DNA of 44,397 nt, from IMG/VR virus record IMGVR_UViG_3300031566_000098, positions 1 through 44,397 of that record. One strand, given 5' to 3'. The notes below the pieces were generated by a model that had not been told where the DNA came from, did not search any database, and saw nothing but the letters and a program-made list of their open reading frames with translations. Below, in pieces: positions 8,625-15,904 of the stretch (the first letter of the stretch is position 1; each line of letters starts with the position of its first letter). Source of the DNA: a virus. The translations under genes were made by a program, and so were the position numbers.

Positions 8625-9236
8625 TCACTTCAGCCTCTTTCTTATCTCTATGACCGGGGCTGCCATTTGACAATCCTCAAACTTAAATTTAGATGTATTG
8701 GTCTCTAGCCATAATTCATCGGCTACCTTTCTAAGACGAGCTACGCATAATTTGTTATCTACAACACAAGCCACGAGGTCGCCATTAAGTATCACGGCAT
8801 CTCTGTCAACAATAATAATATCCCCATTACCTACCACTGGCTCAAGACATTCGCCATAAACTAAATAACCCTCGGCACTCCTATTGGCACGCTTAGGGTG
8901 GCGATACACATAATCCGTTGGCCCTACGCCATCCCCAGCATGAAAAGGGTAATCTAAGTAAACTGGAATGCTCCGGGGGGCAGCGAGCCTCAAGCGATCT
9001 AGGAGTTCTTCGAGAGTCTCAGGGCGTGATTGGATGCCATTTTGTAGAAAGATCTCTGGTGGTTTCCCAAGACCCTTTGCTAACTTCCTCGCAATCCGTA
9101 GTGATATGCTTCCCTCTTTGCCAGCCACTAGTTGGTTAATATAACCCCTGTCCACACCAGAAAGAGTTGCAAGTTGCTTTTGGCTCAACCCCTTTTCTTT
9201 AAGGAGCCTTTTTATCAATGCACCTACTTCTTCCAT
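8625..9236 (-). CDS. CI/LexA-like repressor: N-terminal XRE HTH plus C-terminal S24-peptidase-like domain
   Basis: HTH: LSQKQLATLSGVDRGYINQLVAG. The C-terminal YGECLEPVVGNGDIIIVD...CVARLRK aligns by eye to LexA GMSM...GDLLAV...VKRL. The GGGGG SD precedes the ATG. Confidence 0.85.
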   Translation of the reverse strand: MEEVGALIKRLLKEKGLSQKQLATLSGVDRGYINQLVAGKEGSISLRIARKLAKGLGKPPEIFLQNGIQSRPETLEELLDRLRLAAPRSIPVYLDYPFHAGDGVGPTDYVYRHPKRANRSAEGYLVYGECLEPVVGNGDIIIVDRDAVILNGDLVACVVDNKLCVARLRKVADELWLETNTSKFKFEDCQMAAPVIEIRKRLK

Positions 9237-9241
9237 CTTGT

Positions 9242-9260
9242 CCCCCTGTAGACTATTGTC
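9242..9260 (-). promoter_or_regulatory. Candidate operator half (19-bp inverted-repeat partner of 9419..9437)
   Basis: The minus strand GACAATAGTCTACAGGGGG matches the plus strand GACAAAAGTCTACTAGGGG at 9419..9437 in 16 of 19 positions. It overlaps the repressor -10 and leader. Confidence 0.5.
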
Positions 9261-9283
9261 GCACCCCCATTTAATAATTTCAA
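9255..9283 (-). promoter_or_regulatory. Candidate repressor-maintenance promoter (TTGAAA-17-GACAAT)
   Basis: The minus strand reads TTGAAA ttattaaatgggggtgc GACAAT, located 18 nt upstream of the repressor ATG. Confidence 0.4.
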
Positions 9284-9340
9284 GTGTGGAATAATTCTAC
9301 AAGAAGGTAGATTAAAAAGGAAGGTCTTATCTTCTAGACA

Positions 9341-9393
9341 TTTGTTCTAATTGTAGTAGAGGGCAAATACAAAACAGAAATTTTGTTCTAATT
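9341..9393 (+). repeat. Two exact 12-bp direct repeats TTTGTTCTAATT (9341-9352 and 9382-9393) in the immunity intergenic region
   Basis: Read directly. The repeats are 41 bp apart, between the divergent promoters. Confidence 0.7.
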
Positions 9394-9416
9394 TTTCTCC
9401 CAAAGCTAAGGGGGTG

Positions 9417-9445
9417 TTGACAAAAGTCTACTAGGGGTTTATAAT
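9417..9445 (+). promoter_or_regulatory. Early rightward promoter with perfect consensus TTGACA-17-TATAAT
   Basis: TTGACA 9417-9422, a 17-nt spacer, TATAAT 9440-9445. It lies 33 nt upstream of the Cro-like gene and overlaps the operator-like repeat 9419-9437. Confidence 0.8.
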
Positions 9446-9478
9446 TTCCACAGGTGAGGTTAAAACAGACAAAACCAA

Positions 9479-9775
9479 ATGAATAATTTAATAGAAGCGA
9501 TAAAGCAAAAGCAAAGACAAGCTAACCTTAATGATACTGCATTTGCCTTATTTCTAGGTATGGATAGGTCAACTTGGGCAAAGATAAAAAGTGGAAAAAG
9601 AAATCCAGGTATCAAATTCTTGAGGGCAGTTGACCAAAGGTTAATGCATGTGGAAATATCCGACACCCTTCCCACCAGAATCCCCTTCAGACAGCCCCCA
9701 GAGCCTCAAGGAAGGGGTTTGAAGAGGTTTTGTGTGGGATTACTGGCAAGGATTAGAGAGAGGTTAAGGAAATGA
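9479..9775 (+). CDS. Cro-like small XRE-family HTH regulator (98 aa)
   Basis: LNDTAFALFLGMDRSTWAKIKSGKRNPGIKFL is an HTH pattern. It is the first gene of the rightward operon, divergent from the repressor. Confidence 0.7.
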   Translation: MNNLIEAIKQKQRQANLNDTAFALFLGMDRSTWAKIKSGKRNPGIKFLRAVDQRLMHVEISDTLPTRIPFRQPPEPQGRGLKRFCVGLLARIRERLRK

Positions 9776-10230
9776 CAACAAAGACAAAGAACCGCGACTG
9801 CCCGCTGATAAGAGGCTTGGATAACAGAATGGTAAAGCCTTTTAATGAGCGGCTTAGAACTGAAGCACAGGAGTTCTGTCTTAGTTGTCCCCTGCCAAAG
9901 TGCTTTGACGAACTCTATCATCAGAAGAAGAAGCTAACCCATGCAGAACGCGGGTGCTTAGGTGGGTATGTAACCTTCAGCCGGTATGGGCATGAGGGTA
10001 TGAGTGAGTGGGGCAGAAAGGGTGGAAGGTCCCGGCTTCCTACCTTAGCAGTAATCAGGCAGCAACAGCTTCTTATAGCTCAATATAAAAAGGAGGGATT
10101 GGATACCCCGGGCAAGTTGCCTAACAACCTTAAAGAGCTACGGAAGCTTCTGCGCCATGGGTCGAATGGTCATAAGCAAATACAAGAGGGAGCCAGGGGC
10201 GACCTCATCGCTTCTGGCTCCGGGGAGTAG
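9772..10230 (+). CDS. Hypothetical basic protein (152 aa)
   Basis: ATGA overlap with the upstream gene. It has a Cys cluster (CPLIRG...CLSCPLPKC) and a GRKGGRSR segment. Confidence 0.55.
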   Translation: MTTKTKNRDCPLIRGLDNRMVKPFNERLRTEAQEFCLSCPLPKCFDELYHQKKKLTHAERGCLGGYVTFSRYGHEGMSEWGRKGGRSRLPTLAVIRQQQLLIAQYKKEGLDTPGKLPNNLKELRKLLRHGSNGHKQIQEGARGDLIASGSGE

Positions 10231-10233
10231 TAA

Positions 10234-10473
10234 TTGATTAAGTTCATTATACACCGCTTAAAAAGGAAGAGCAAGACTCTATTAACTACTGAGCTAATAG
10301 AGCAGAAGGCATTAGAGGGGGTGATGCCCCTGGCTCAGGAAAAGACAAGAAGGGAAATCTGCCGGGATTGCTTGGATAGAAGATGTCTTACTGGTGCAGA
10401 GTGCAAGGCATTTGACCTTCTGAGCAAAACCTTTGCCTGGGAAATGGTAGTGAGGAGTGCGGAACTGAATTAG
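10234..10473 (+). CDS. Hypothetical protein (79 aa), TTG start
   Basis: GGGGAG lies 6 nt upstream of the TTG. Cys-containing (CRDCLDRRC). Confidence 0.4.
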   Translation: MIKFIIHRLKRKSKTLLTTELIEQKALEGVMPLAQEKTRREICRDCLDRRCLTGAECKAFDLLSKTFAWEMVVRSAELN

Positions 10474-10502
10474 GAAAATCTCAGAGATAAGAAAGGAGTG
10501 AA

Positions 10503-10850
10503 ATGAATTACACAAAAGGAGAATGGACACTCGAAAAATTCAACCTAGAAAATGCAGTTAAACCTGATGATACTGCAATCCTAGATAGGCAAGGTCGATT
10601 AATATGTATTGTGACAAATGAACCGACCACGCAAAAGGAAGACGAAGCCAACGCCCACCTAATCGCAGCAGCCCCTGATATGTATGAGGCACTGAAAGCA
10701 CAACATGAGGCAATAGATATTTTATTTGCCATGCTGATTGAAAAGGATAGGACATTCTTCCCAAGCAAAAGTGGGCGACCTTGGGAGGCAATCATACAGG
10801 GCAATCAGGCTCTAGCCAAAGCCGAAAGAAAGGAGAACGATGGCAACTAA
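10503..10850 (+). CDS. Hypothetical conserved phage protein (115 aa)
   Basis: AAGGAG SD. EANAHLIAAAPDMYEALK is a motif I recall as recurrent in phage hypothetical proteins. Confidence 0.6.
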   Translation: MNYTKGEWTLEKFNLENAVKPDDTAILDRQGRLICIVTNEPTTQKEDEANAHLIAAAPDMYEALKAQHEAIDILFAMLIEKDRTFFPSKSGRPWEAIIQGNQALAKAERKENDGN

Positions 10851-10915
10851 AAGATGGAGACCGAGAATATGCCTAGGGTGCACCCAGCAAGCATTACGAA
10901 GGAGGGAAAACTAAG

Positions 10916-11116
10916 ATGGATGAATATAAATTCTGGATGGTATGGATTGAAGGCAAAAGCGGACCGACAAAGATGCACTTAGTCCTTAATGAAGCCAGAT
11001 TAGAGGCCGAGAGATTATTGGGGTTGCTTGGGAATCAAGGCAAGAGGGCTTACATACTGGCATCTACTAGTTATGGTGTGGTTGAAAGTCCGCCAGTAGT
11101 TTGGAGAACAATATGA
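10916..11116 (+). CDS. Hypothetical protein (66 aa)
   Basis: AAGGAGGG SD. Confidence 0.55.
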   Translation: MDEYKFWMVWIEGKSGPTKMHLVLNEARLEAERLLGLLGNQGKRAYILASTSYGVVESPPVVWRTI

Positions 11117-11134
11117 CTGGATTTGGGGGGAACG

Positions 11135-11254
11135 ATGAGTTGCGAAGATTGCGGTTGCATAATCAATCCTAATACTAAAGAGCCAATAAAATGTCCTAAG
11201 TGTGGGGGCGAGAATATCCGAATACACAACGAGGATGGTTTGAGGGAACGATGA
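11135..11254 (+). CDS. Zinc-ribbon miniprotein (39 aa)
   Basis: Hand translation: MSCEDCGCIINPNTKEPIKCPKCGGENIRIHNEDGLRER. ATGA overlap with the next ORF. Confidence 0.45.
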   Translation: MSCEDCGCIINPNTKEPIKCPKCGGENIRIHNEDGLRER

Positions 11255-11424
11255 GAAGATGTCGAAACTGCGGTCAATGGTACACAACTTCCCAATGGAA
11301 GGGGAACTGTAAAGAGCACCCCTGGGAGAAAGATAAGTGGAGTGAGACAGCATCGCCAGTTACTAGCGGATGCCAGGACTATACTCCCAAAATCTTAGTC
11401 GCAGCACAAAAGGAGGAGAAATGA
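11251..11424 (+). CDS. Cys-rich miniprotein (57 aa)
   Basis: MRRCRNCGQWYTTSQWKGNCKEH... ATGA coupling at both ends. Confidence 0.5.
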   Translation: MRRCRNCGQWYTTSQWKGNCKEHPWEKDKWSETASPVTSGCQDYTPKILVAAQKEEK

Positions 11425-11816
11425 GAGAGATTAAGTTTAGAGCTTGGGATAAGGCTTTCGGAAAGATGTTTGAAGTTGCCGAGTTAACTGTTAGAGAAGA
11501 TGGTCTTTGGGCTAGAACCCCATTCGGTTATTTGCCTAATCAACGAGAGACGACAGGTTTTAAGGTTGGAGTAAGTTGTGAACTTATGCAATACACAGGA
11601 CTCAAAGACAAGAACGGCAAGGAGATTTATGAGGGGGATATTTTCCCCCATAGGGGAATGAATCTGGTAGTTAGGTATGAATTAGGAGCAGTTGTCGGTC
11701 ATTGGTTTGGCTCGAATGAATACATATTTTTTGACCACCTAGCCAATGATGAAAATGATATTGAAGTCATCGGCAACGTTTGGGAAAACCCCGAACTTAT
11801 AAAGGAGGTTAAGTAA
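11421..11816 (+). CDS. YopX-family protein
   Basis: MREIKFRAWDK...MQYTGLKDKNGKEIYEGDI...IGNVWENPELI matches the YopX signature. I place the start at the internal ATG after GGAGGAG. Confidence 0.8.
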   Translation: MREIKFRAWDKAFGKMFEVAELTVREDGLWARTPFGYLPNQRETTGFKVGVSCELMQYTGLKDKNGKEIYEGDIFPHRGMNLVVRYELGAVVGHWFGSNEYIFFDHLANDENDIEVIGNVWENPELIKEVK

Positions 11817-12176
11817 ATGGCAAACATGGAGATTACAGAAACTTGTAAGCAGTGTGGGGGACGTGGTTCTATCACTCGGCAAATTGAAGTGGGGGATATT
11901 ATCACCCCTGGAGATGGTAGCGGTATGCCTAACGGATTGCACCACATACTCTGGAATGGTGTAAGTAAAGCTGTTCCCTTCAAGCCAGTTAGGGTTCTCC
12001 AAGTAGAAGGCAATATGTTAGCAGTCCAGCCGCTACATTGGGATGATAAGGAAACTCGATATAGGGAAATTCTTGATAATAGTGTTAGCCCTGCTCTTAG
12101 CTGGATTCCAAATGCAGATAGAGGTGTATTTTGGATATATGCCCCTCATTGCCATCCCATAAAGGAGGTTAAATAA
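11817..12176 (+). CDS. Hypothetical protein (119 aa)
   Basis: AAGGAGG SD inside a conserved boundary sequence. It has an N-terminal CKQCGGRG motif. Confidence 0.6.
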   Translation: MANMEITETCKQCGGRGSITRQIEVGDIITPGDGSGMPNGLHHILWNGVSKAVPFKPVRVLQVEGNMLAVQPLHWDDKETRYREILDNSVSPALSWIPNADRGVFWIYAPHCHPIKEVK

Positions 12177-12842
12177 ATGAGTGAACGCAAGAGCTTAACG
12201 ATAACACAAGTCGAAGAAATCAAAAAGGTCGGGGATAAGCAGATTCCCAAGTTGTCCTTCACTATTAAGGGTCAGGAGGAGAAGCATTCATATTTCACCT
12301 TTAGACCCAGCCTCTTTGAAGCAATTAAAGAGGGGCAAACAATCAGCGCCGATATAGAAACAGAGATAAGGGGAGAATATACAAATCATAAAGTTGTCCA
12401 GATTTATGTTGACGGACAGCCAGTATCAAGCAAGGGAACTGGGCGTTCCTATGGGAAGTCGCCCGAAGAACTGGAGCAGACAGCGAGGTTAATGATACTA
12501 GCTTATGCTAAAGACTTGGCTGTGGCAGATAAGATACTCCTAAAAGATATACCTAAAACAGCCGACTTGTTTTTAACATGGCTGAAAGTAAGCGATAAGG
12601 TTGCTTCGCCTGCACAGCCAGTTCAAAAGGACTCAGGGACTCAGGAGTCTGAAGATTTGTTTTCAGAAACTCCCCCCACTGGCAAGAAGGTCCAGAACAT
12701 AGCAGAACTAAAGAGTTTAATGATGAAGCACAAAATCGGCACACATGAAGCGTATGAGATTTTGAGCATCAAGGGTTTCCTCGAATTAACAGACCTCGAT
12801 GAAGCCTGGGCGAAGATAAAAGAGGCAAAAGGACTTGAATAA
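12177..12842 (+). CDS. Hypothetical protein (221 aa)
   Basis: AAGGAGG SD inside a conserved boundary sequence. No motif was recognised. Confidence 0.6.
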   Translation: MSERKSLTITQVEEIKKVGDKQIPKLSFTIKGQEEKHSYFTFRPSLFEAIKEGQTISADIETEIRGEYTNHKVVQIYVDGQPVSSKGTGRSYGKSPEELEQTARLMILAYAKDLAVADKILLKDIPKTADLFLTWLKVSDKVASPAQPVQKDSGTQESEDLFSETPPTGKKVQNIAELKSLMMKHKIGTHEAYEILSIKGFLELTDLDEAWAKIKEAKGLE

Positions 12843-12909
12843 GGCATCAACCTCGGGCAGGGGCATTGTCCCCCGCTCAGAATAGGGAGAGATTAAAGGA
12901 AGGTGAAGA

Positions 12910-13200
12910 ATGGCAGAAGAATATAAACGAGTAAAAGAAGCGATAGCAAAACTTACAGGTGAAGATTATTTTACTGATAGGGACTGGGAGGATTATTCGC
13001 AAGGTGCTAAAGATATTTTCTATAAAGGAGCCGACCAAATCCTCTCTCTTGATGGCATAGAGATAAGGGCAGATGACCAGACTATAGTTATTCCTTGTTA
13101 TCAGGATGGCGATACGGAGAAGTGTACTTATATCAACGCAGAACCACCAAGTTGGATTAAGGATGCAGGCTTCGTTAAAGTAATTCCTAAAGGAAGGTGA
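12910..13200 (+). CDS. Hypothetical protein (96 aa)
   Basis: AAGGAAGG SD. Confidence 0.55.
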   Translation: MAEEYKRVKEAIAKLTGEDYFTDRDWEDYSQGAKDIFYKGADQILSLDGIEIRADDQTIVIPCYQDGDTEKCTYINAEPPSWIKDAGFVKVIPKGR

Positions 13201-13356
13201 ATGATGGTTTATAAGAGTTATCGGCATCATTGTTACGCCTGTAGAAAAACTATTTACAGCATGGGGTTAGCTCGTCATAGAAGTGGTAAAAAGCACCAAG
13301 AAAATGTCGCCGAAGCTAAAAAGGCTGGCAGGGCTTATTGGATTGAACGGCTTTAA
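13201..13356 (+). CDS. Basic miniprotein (51 aa)
   Basis: Hand translation: MMVYKSYRHHCYACRKTIYSMGLARHRSGKKHQENVAEAKKAGRAYWIERL. The ATG abuts the upstream TGA. Confidence 0.4.
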   Translation: MMVYKSYRHHCYACRKTIYSMGLARHRSGKKHQENVAEAKKAGRAYWIERL

Positions 13357-13362
13357 GGAGGA

Positions 13363-13722
13363 ATGATGGAAGCAATAGATACTGTGATGGGGTTTAATGT
13401 TCTATACGAACACTATAAAAAGATTAAGGAAACCAAAGTGAATGTTCTTGAATTAACGGCTGAGGGTTATTCGTTTATAAAATTCAACGAGGCACTTGAA
13501 GCCCAAGCCGAAATCACTGCACCTATATTCTTCAAGGCAGGGAGAGAATCTGAAGTAGAAGATAGTGCTAGAAGATGTGCTGCATATCTTGAGTCTGCTA
13601 GGCAAGAGGGAAGAAAGGATGTGGTGGAGTGGATGGAGTCTAGACGAGAGGGTGGTTATAACCTCTGCCTGAAAGCTAATTGGGATGAATGGCAAGCCAA
13701 ACTCAAGGAATGGGGATTATGA
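13363..13722 (+). CDS. Hypothetical protein (119 aa)
   Basis: AAGGAGG SD. Confidence 0.6.
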   Translation: MMEAIDTVMGFNVLYEHYKKIKETKVNVLELTAEGYSFIKFNEALEAQAEITAPIFFKAGRESEVEDSARRCAAYLESARQEGRKDVVEWMESRREGGYNLCLKANWDEWQAKLKEWGL

Positions 13723-13736
13723 ATAAGGAGGGAATT

Positions 13737-13949
13737 ATGACAGAAGAACCTAAGACCCATGTGTTTCTGAAACCCTGTGGTTGCCTTGTATGTGCCGTTT
13801 TGAATGTTCCTAGAATGTTTAGCGCACTTGCAAAAGCTCAAAGGTATGCGGAAAAACATGGGGAAACTTATCAGTTAATGGAAACGCAGGCTGTCCGAGA
13901 AATGGAATGGCGATGCCCTGAACATAAGGTTAAGAAGTTGGGATTATGA
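13737..13949 (+). CDS. Cys-rich hypothetical protein (70 aa)
   Basis: AAGGAGGG lies 7 nt upstream of ATG 13737. An alternative start is ATG 13719, which overlaps the upstream stop. Confidence 0.5.
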   Translation: MTEEPKTHVFLKPCGCLVCAVLNVPRMFSALAKAQRYAEKHGETYQLMETQAVREMEWRCPEHKVKKLGL

Positions 13950-14173
13950 ATTATTGCTCTTGCAAAGGAGAGGAAATGAAGTTTGGGATTCGGCTTCGTA
14001 ACTTCATACAGGATTGGTTTCTAGGGAATGATTGGTGCAAAGGATGTAGGTTCTTATATTCTGACCAGTATGGCAATATGTGTGAAAACCCAGAACGAAT
14101 CAGGCAAATATTAGTCAGAGACCCCAGAACACACAAATCCACTTGTAATCTTTATGATAAGGAGACTAAATGA
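13946..14173 (+). CDS. Cys-rich hypothetical protein (75 aa)
   Basis: ATGA overlap with the upstream gene. Confidence 0.55.
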   Translation: MNYCSCKGEEMKFGIRLRNFIQDWFLGNDWCKGCRFLYSDQYGNMCENPERIRQILVRDPRTHKSTCNLYDKETK

Positions 14174-14262
14174 CTAATACCTTCTTTTCGTTCCTTCTTT
14201 TTGATTTGGGGAGACTGATCCCGGCGGAGGCCAGTCTCCCCCTTGTATGGTGTAGTAAATGA
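14170..14262 (+). CDS. Candidate 30-aa bridging ORF (MTNTFFSFLLFDLGRLIPAEASLPLVWCSK)
   Basis: ATGA overlaps at both ends (14170-14173 and 14259-14262). It contains the perfect hairpin 14208-14241. Confidence 0.35.
   Translation: MTNTFFSFLLFDLGRLIPAEASLPLVWCSK
14208..14241 (+). other. Perfect 10-bp stem-loop GGGGAGACTG / CAGTCTCCCC
   Basis: Read directly. The 14-nt loop can add a TCC/GGA extension. No U-run follows on either strand, so it is not a classical terminator. Confidence 0.75.
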
Positions 14263-15101
14263 GGATTATACGGGTTTTCCCCAGGCGAACCAGCATGACA
14301 CCCAGGGATGATTATGCCTTTGTGGGTACCCCCCCACTGATTCGCCCAGTTGCCGATGAAGTTCATATCTCCACAACCTTTACTTGGGACAGGGACAGGA
14401 AAGACAAGGAAACTGGCGAGAACTGCATTGAACTTCTACGGTTGGCCTGGACTCAATACTACCCGACTGTTAAAGTGGGTGGTTGTGCCTTTGGTTCTGC
14501 AAGCGATGGCTTTATCCCCGGAATGTACATCCGCAAAGGCGTGACCTTCACAAGCCGAGGCTGCAACAACCAATGCCCTTGGTGCCTCGTACACCAAAGG
14601 GAAGATAGGATACGAGAACTCCCAATCCGAGAGGGTAATGTCCTCCAAGACAACAATGTACTCCAATGTTCCAGAGCTCACTTAGCGAACGTGTTTTCTA
14701 TGCTACGAAAGCAACATCAGATTGAATTGAGTGGTGGTCTTGATAGCCGATGCTTGACGGACGAGATTGCGGAGGAGATAAGATCGCTAAGGATAAAACA
14801 GGTATTTCTTGCTGCCGACACGCCAGAAGCAATCAAGCCACTACGGAAGGCGATCGCGCTACTTCAACTTCCAAGAGACAAGGTGCGGTGCTACGTTCTA
14901 TTGAAGTTCAATGAAACCGAAACCTTATCAGACGCAAGGGAGAGGATGGAACTGGTGTGGGAGGCTGGGGCCATGCCATTTGCCCAACTCTATCAGCCGG
15001 CAGACAACTGGATAGATTATCCCAAAGAGTGGAGGGACTTTGCGAGAACTTGGTCAAGGCCAGCAGCGATGAAGGCTTTTATGAGAGGCGTTAATGGCTA
15101 G
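14259..15101 (+). CDS. Radical SAM domain protein (280 aa)
   Basis: CX3CX2C cluster motif RGCNNQCPWC at codons 102-109 (nt 14562-14585). A downstream ELSGG motif looks like a SAM-binding GGE-type motif. Confidence 0.75.
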   Translation: MRIIRVFPRRTSMTPRDDYAFVGTPPLIRPVADEVHISTTFTWDRDRKDKETGENCIELLRLAWTQYYPTVKVGGCAFGSASDGFIPGMYIRKGVTFTSRGCNNQCPWCLVHQREDRIRELPIREGNVLQDNNVLQCSRAHLANVFSMLRKQHQIELSGGLDSRCLTDEIAEEIRSLRIKQVFLAADTPEAIKPLRKAIALLQLPRDKVRCYVLLKFNETETLSDARERMELVWEAGAMPFAQLYQPADNWIDYPKEWRDFARTWSRPAAMKAFMRGVNG

Positions 15102-15873
15102 AACACAGAAGGATACAGTTGAATACTTCCCGCATGACGCTGATGCCAGCGCCGGGGACACATTGACAGTCCTTGAGGGGCAGTTCGGCAATGATGGCTA
15201 TGCCTTCTGGTTCAAACTCCTGGAGCGGTTAGCGTCTAGTGAAGGACACTTTATTGACTGCTCTAATTCTAATAAGTGGCAGCTTCTCCTAGCACGGGCA
15301 CGGGTTAATCAATTACAGGGTGTAGAAATGCTTAAACTACTTGTAGAAATGGGCGCAATTGATAAACAGCTATGGGAGCAGGACAAGATAATTTGGTGTC
15401 AACACCTAGTTGACAATGTGGCAGAGGTCTATCGCAACCGGAGAAGAGATATTCCCTTAAAACCTCATTCTACACCGCTTAAACTCTTAACTACACCACA
15501 AAACCTTTTAACTACACCCGATAATACACAAAGTAAAGTAAAGGAAAGTAAACAAAAGGAAACTAAAGAAGAAAGTAGTAGTTTATCTAAAGAAGATGTT
15601 ATTGAGGTTTACAAGAAAGAGATTGCAGGGCTCTATGAAGAGGAATCGCTTAGTGAGATTATCGAGAAAGATATAGAAGCTACTATCAACATATTCTCGG
15701 CCGCCTGGGTGATTGATGCTATACATGAAGCAGTAAGTCGGAAAAATCGAACCTGGCGCTATGTGACCGGCATCTTAAAGAACTGGAAGCGATTCGGGAA
15801 AAACTATGTCCAGGGCAAGAGCGATCCTGACAAATACATCAAGGGCAAATACGGACACATGGTCAGAAGGTAA
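15094..15873 (+). CDS. Replication initiation protein (DUF4373/Lin1244-like N-terminus plus DnaD-like C-terminus)
   Basis: The N-terminus VEYFPHDADASAGDTLTVLEGQFGNDGYAFWFKLLE and the C-terminus WRYVTGILKNWKRFG match patterns typical of these domains. A low-complexity linker carries DNA iterons. Confidence 0.7.
   Translation: MARTQKDTVEYFPHDADASAGDTLTVLEGQFGNDGYAFWFKLLERLASSEGHFIDCSNSNKWQLLLARARVNQLQGVEMLKLLVEMGAIDKQLWEQDKIIWCQHLVDNVAEVYRNRRRDIPLKPHSTPLKLLTTPQNLLTTPDNTQSKVKESKQKETKEESSSLSKEDVIEVYKKEIAGLYEEESLSEIIEKDIEATINIFSAAWVIDAIHEAVSRKNRTWRYVTGILKNWKRFGKNYVQGKSDPDKYIKGKYGHMVRR
15465..15600. repeat. Candidate origin of replication inside the initiator gene: three 21-bp-phased CTACACC iterons plus an AT/purine-rich tract
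   Basis: CTACACC occurs at 15470, 15491 and 15512. Units 2 and 3 share CTYTTAACTACACC. The tract aagtaaagtaaaggaaagtaaacaaaaggaaactaaagaagaaag follows. Confidence 0.45.
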
Positions 15874-15904
15874 ACTTCGTTATAAAAATGAGAAGGAGGA
15901 TTAA

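Noticed and set aside
9429-9440. Shared CTAGGGGTT / TACTAGGGGTT strings at 8606, 9429, 26041 and 38928 (minus strand) as a possible common operator
   Set aside because: My rough estimate is that hundreds of 11-mers repeat by chance in 44 kb counting both strands. One copy lies inside a coding region on the non-template orientation, and the flanks do not align. This is not enough evidence.
10854-10973. A 39-codon ORF (METENMPRVHPASITKEGKL...) overlapping the start of the 10916 gene
   Set aside because: It has no SD, overlaps a better-supported gene with an AAGGAGGG site, and has no distinguishing motif.
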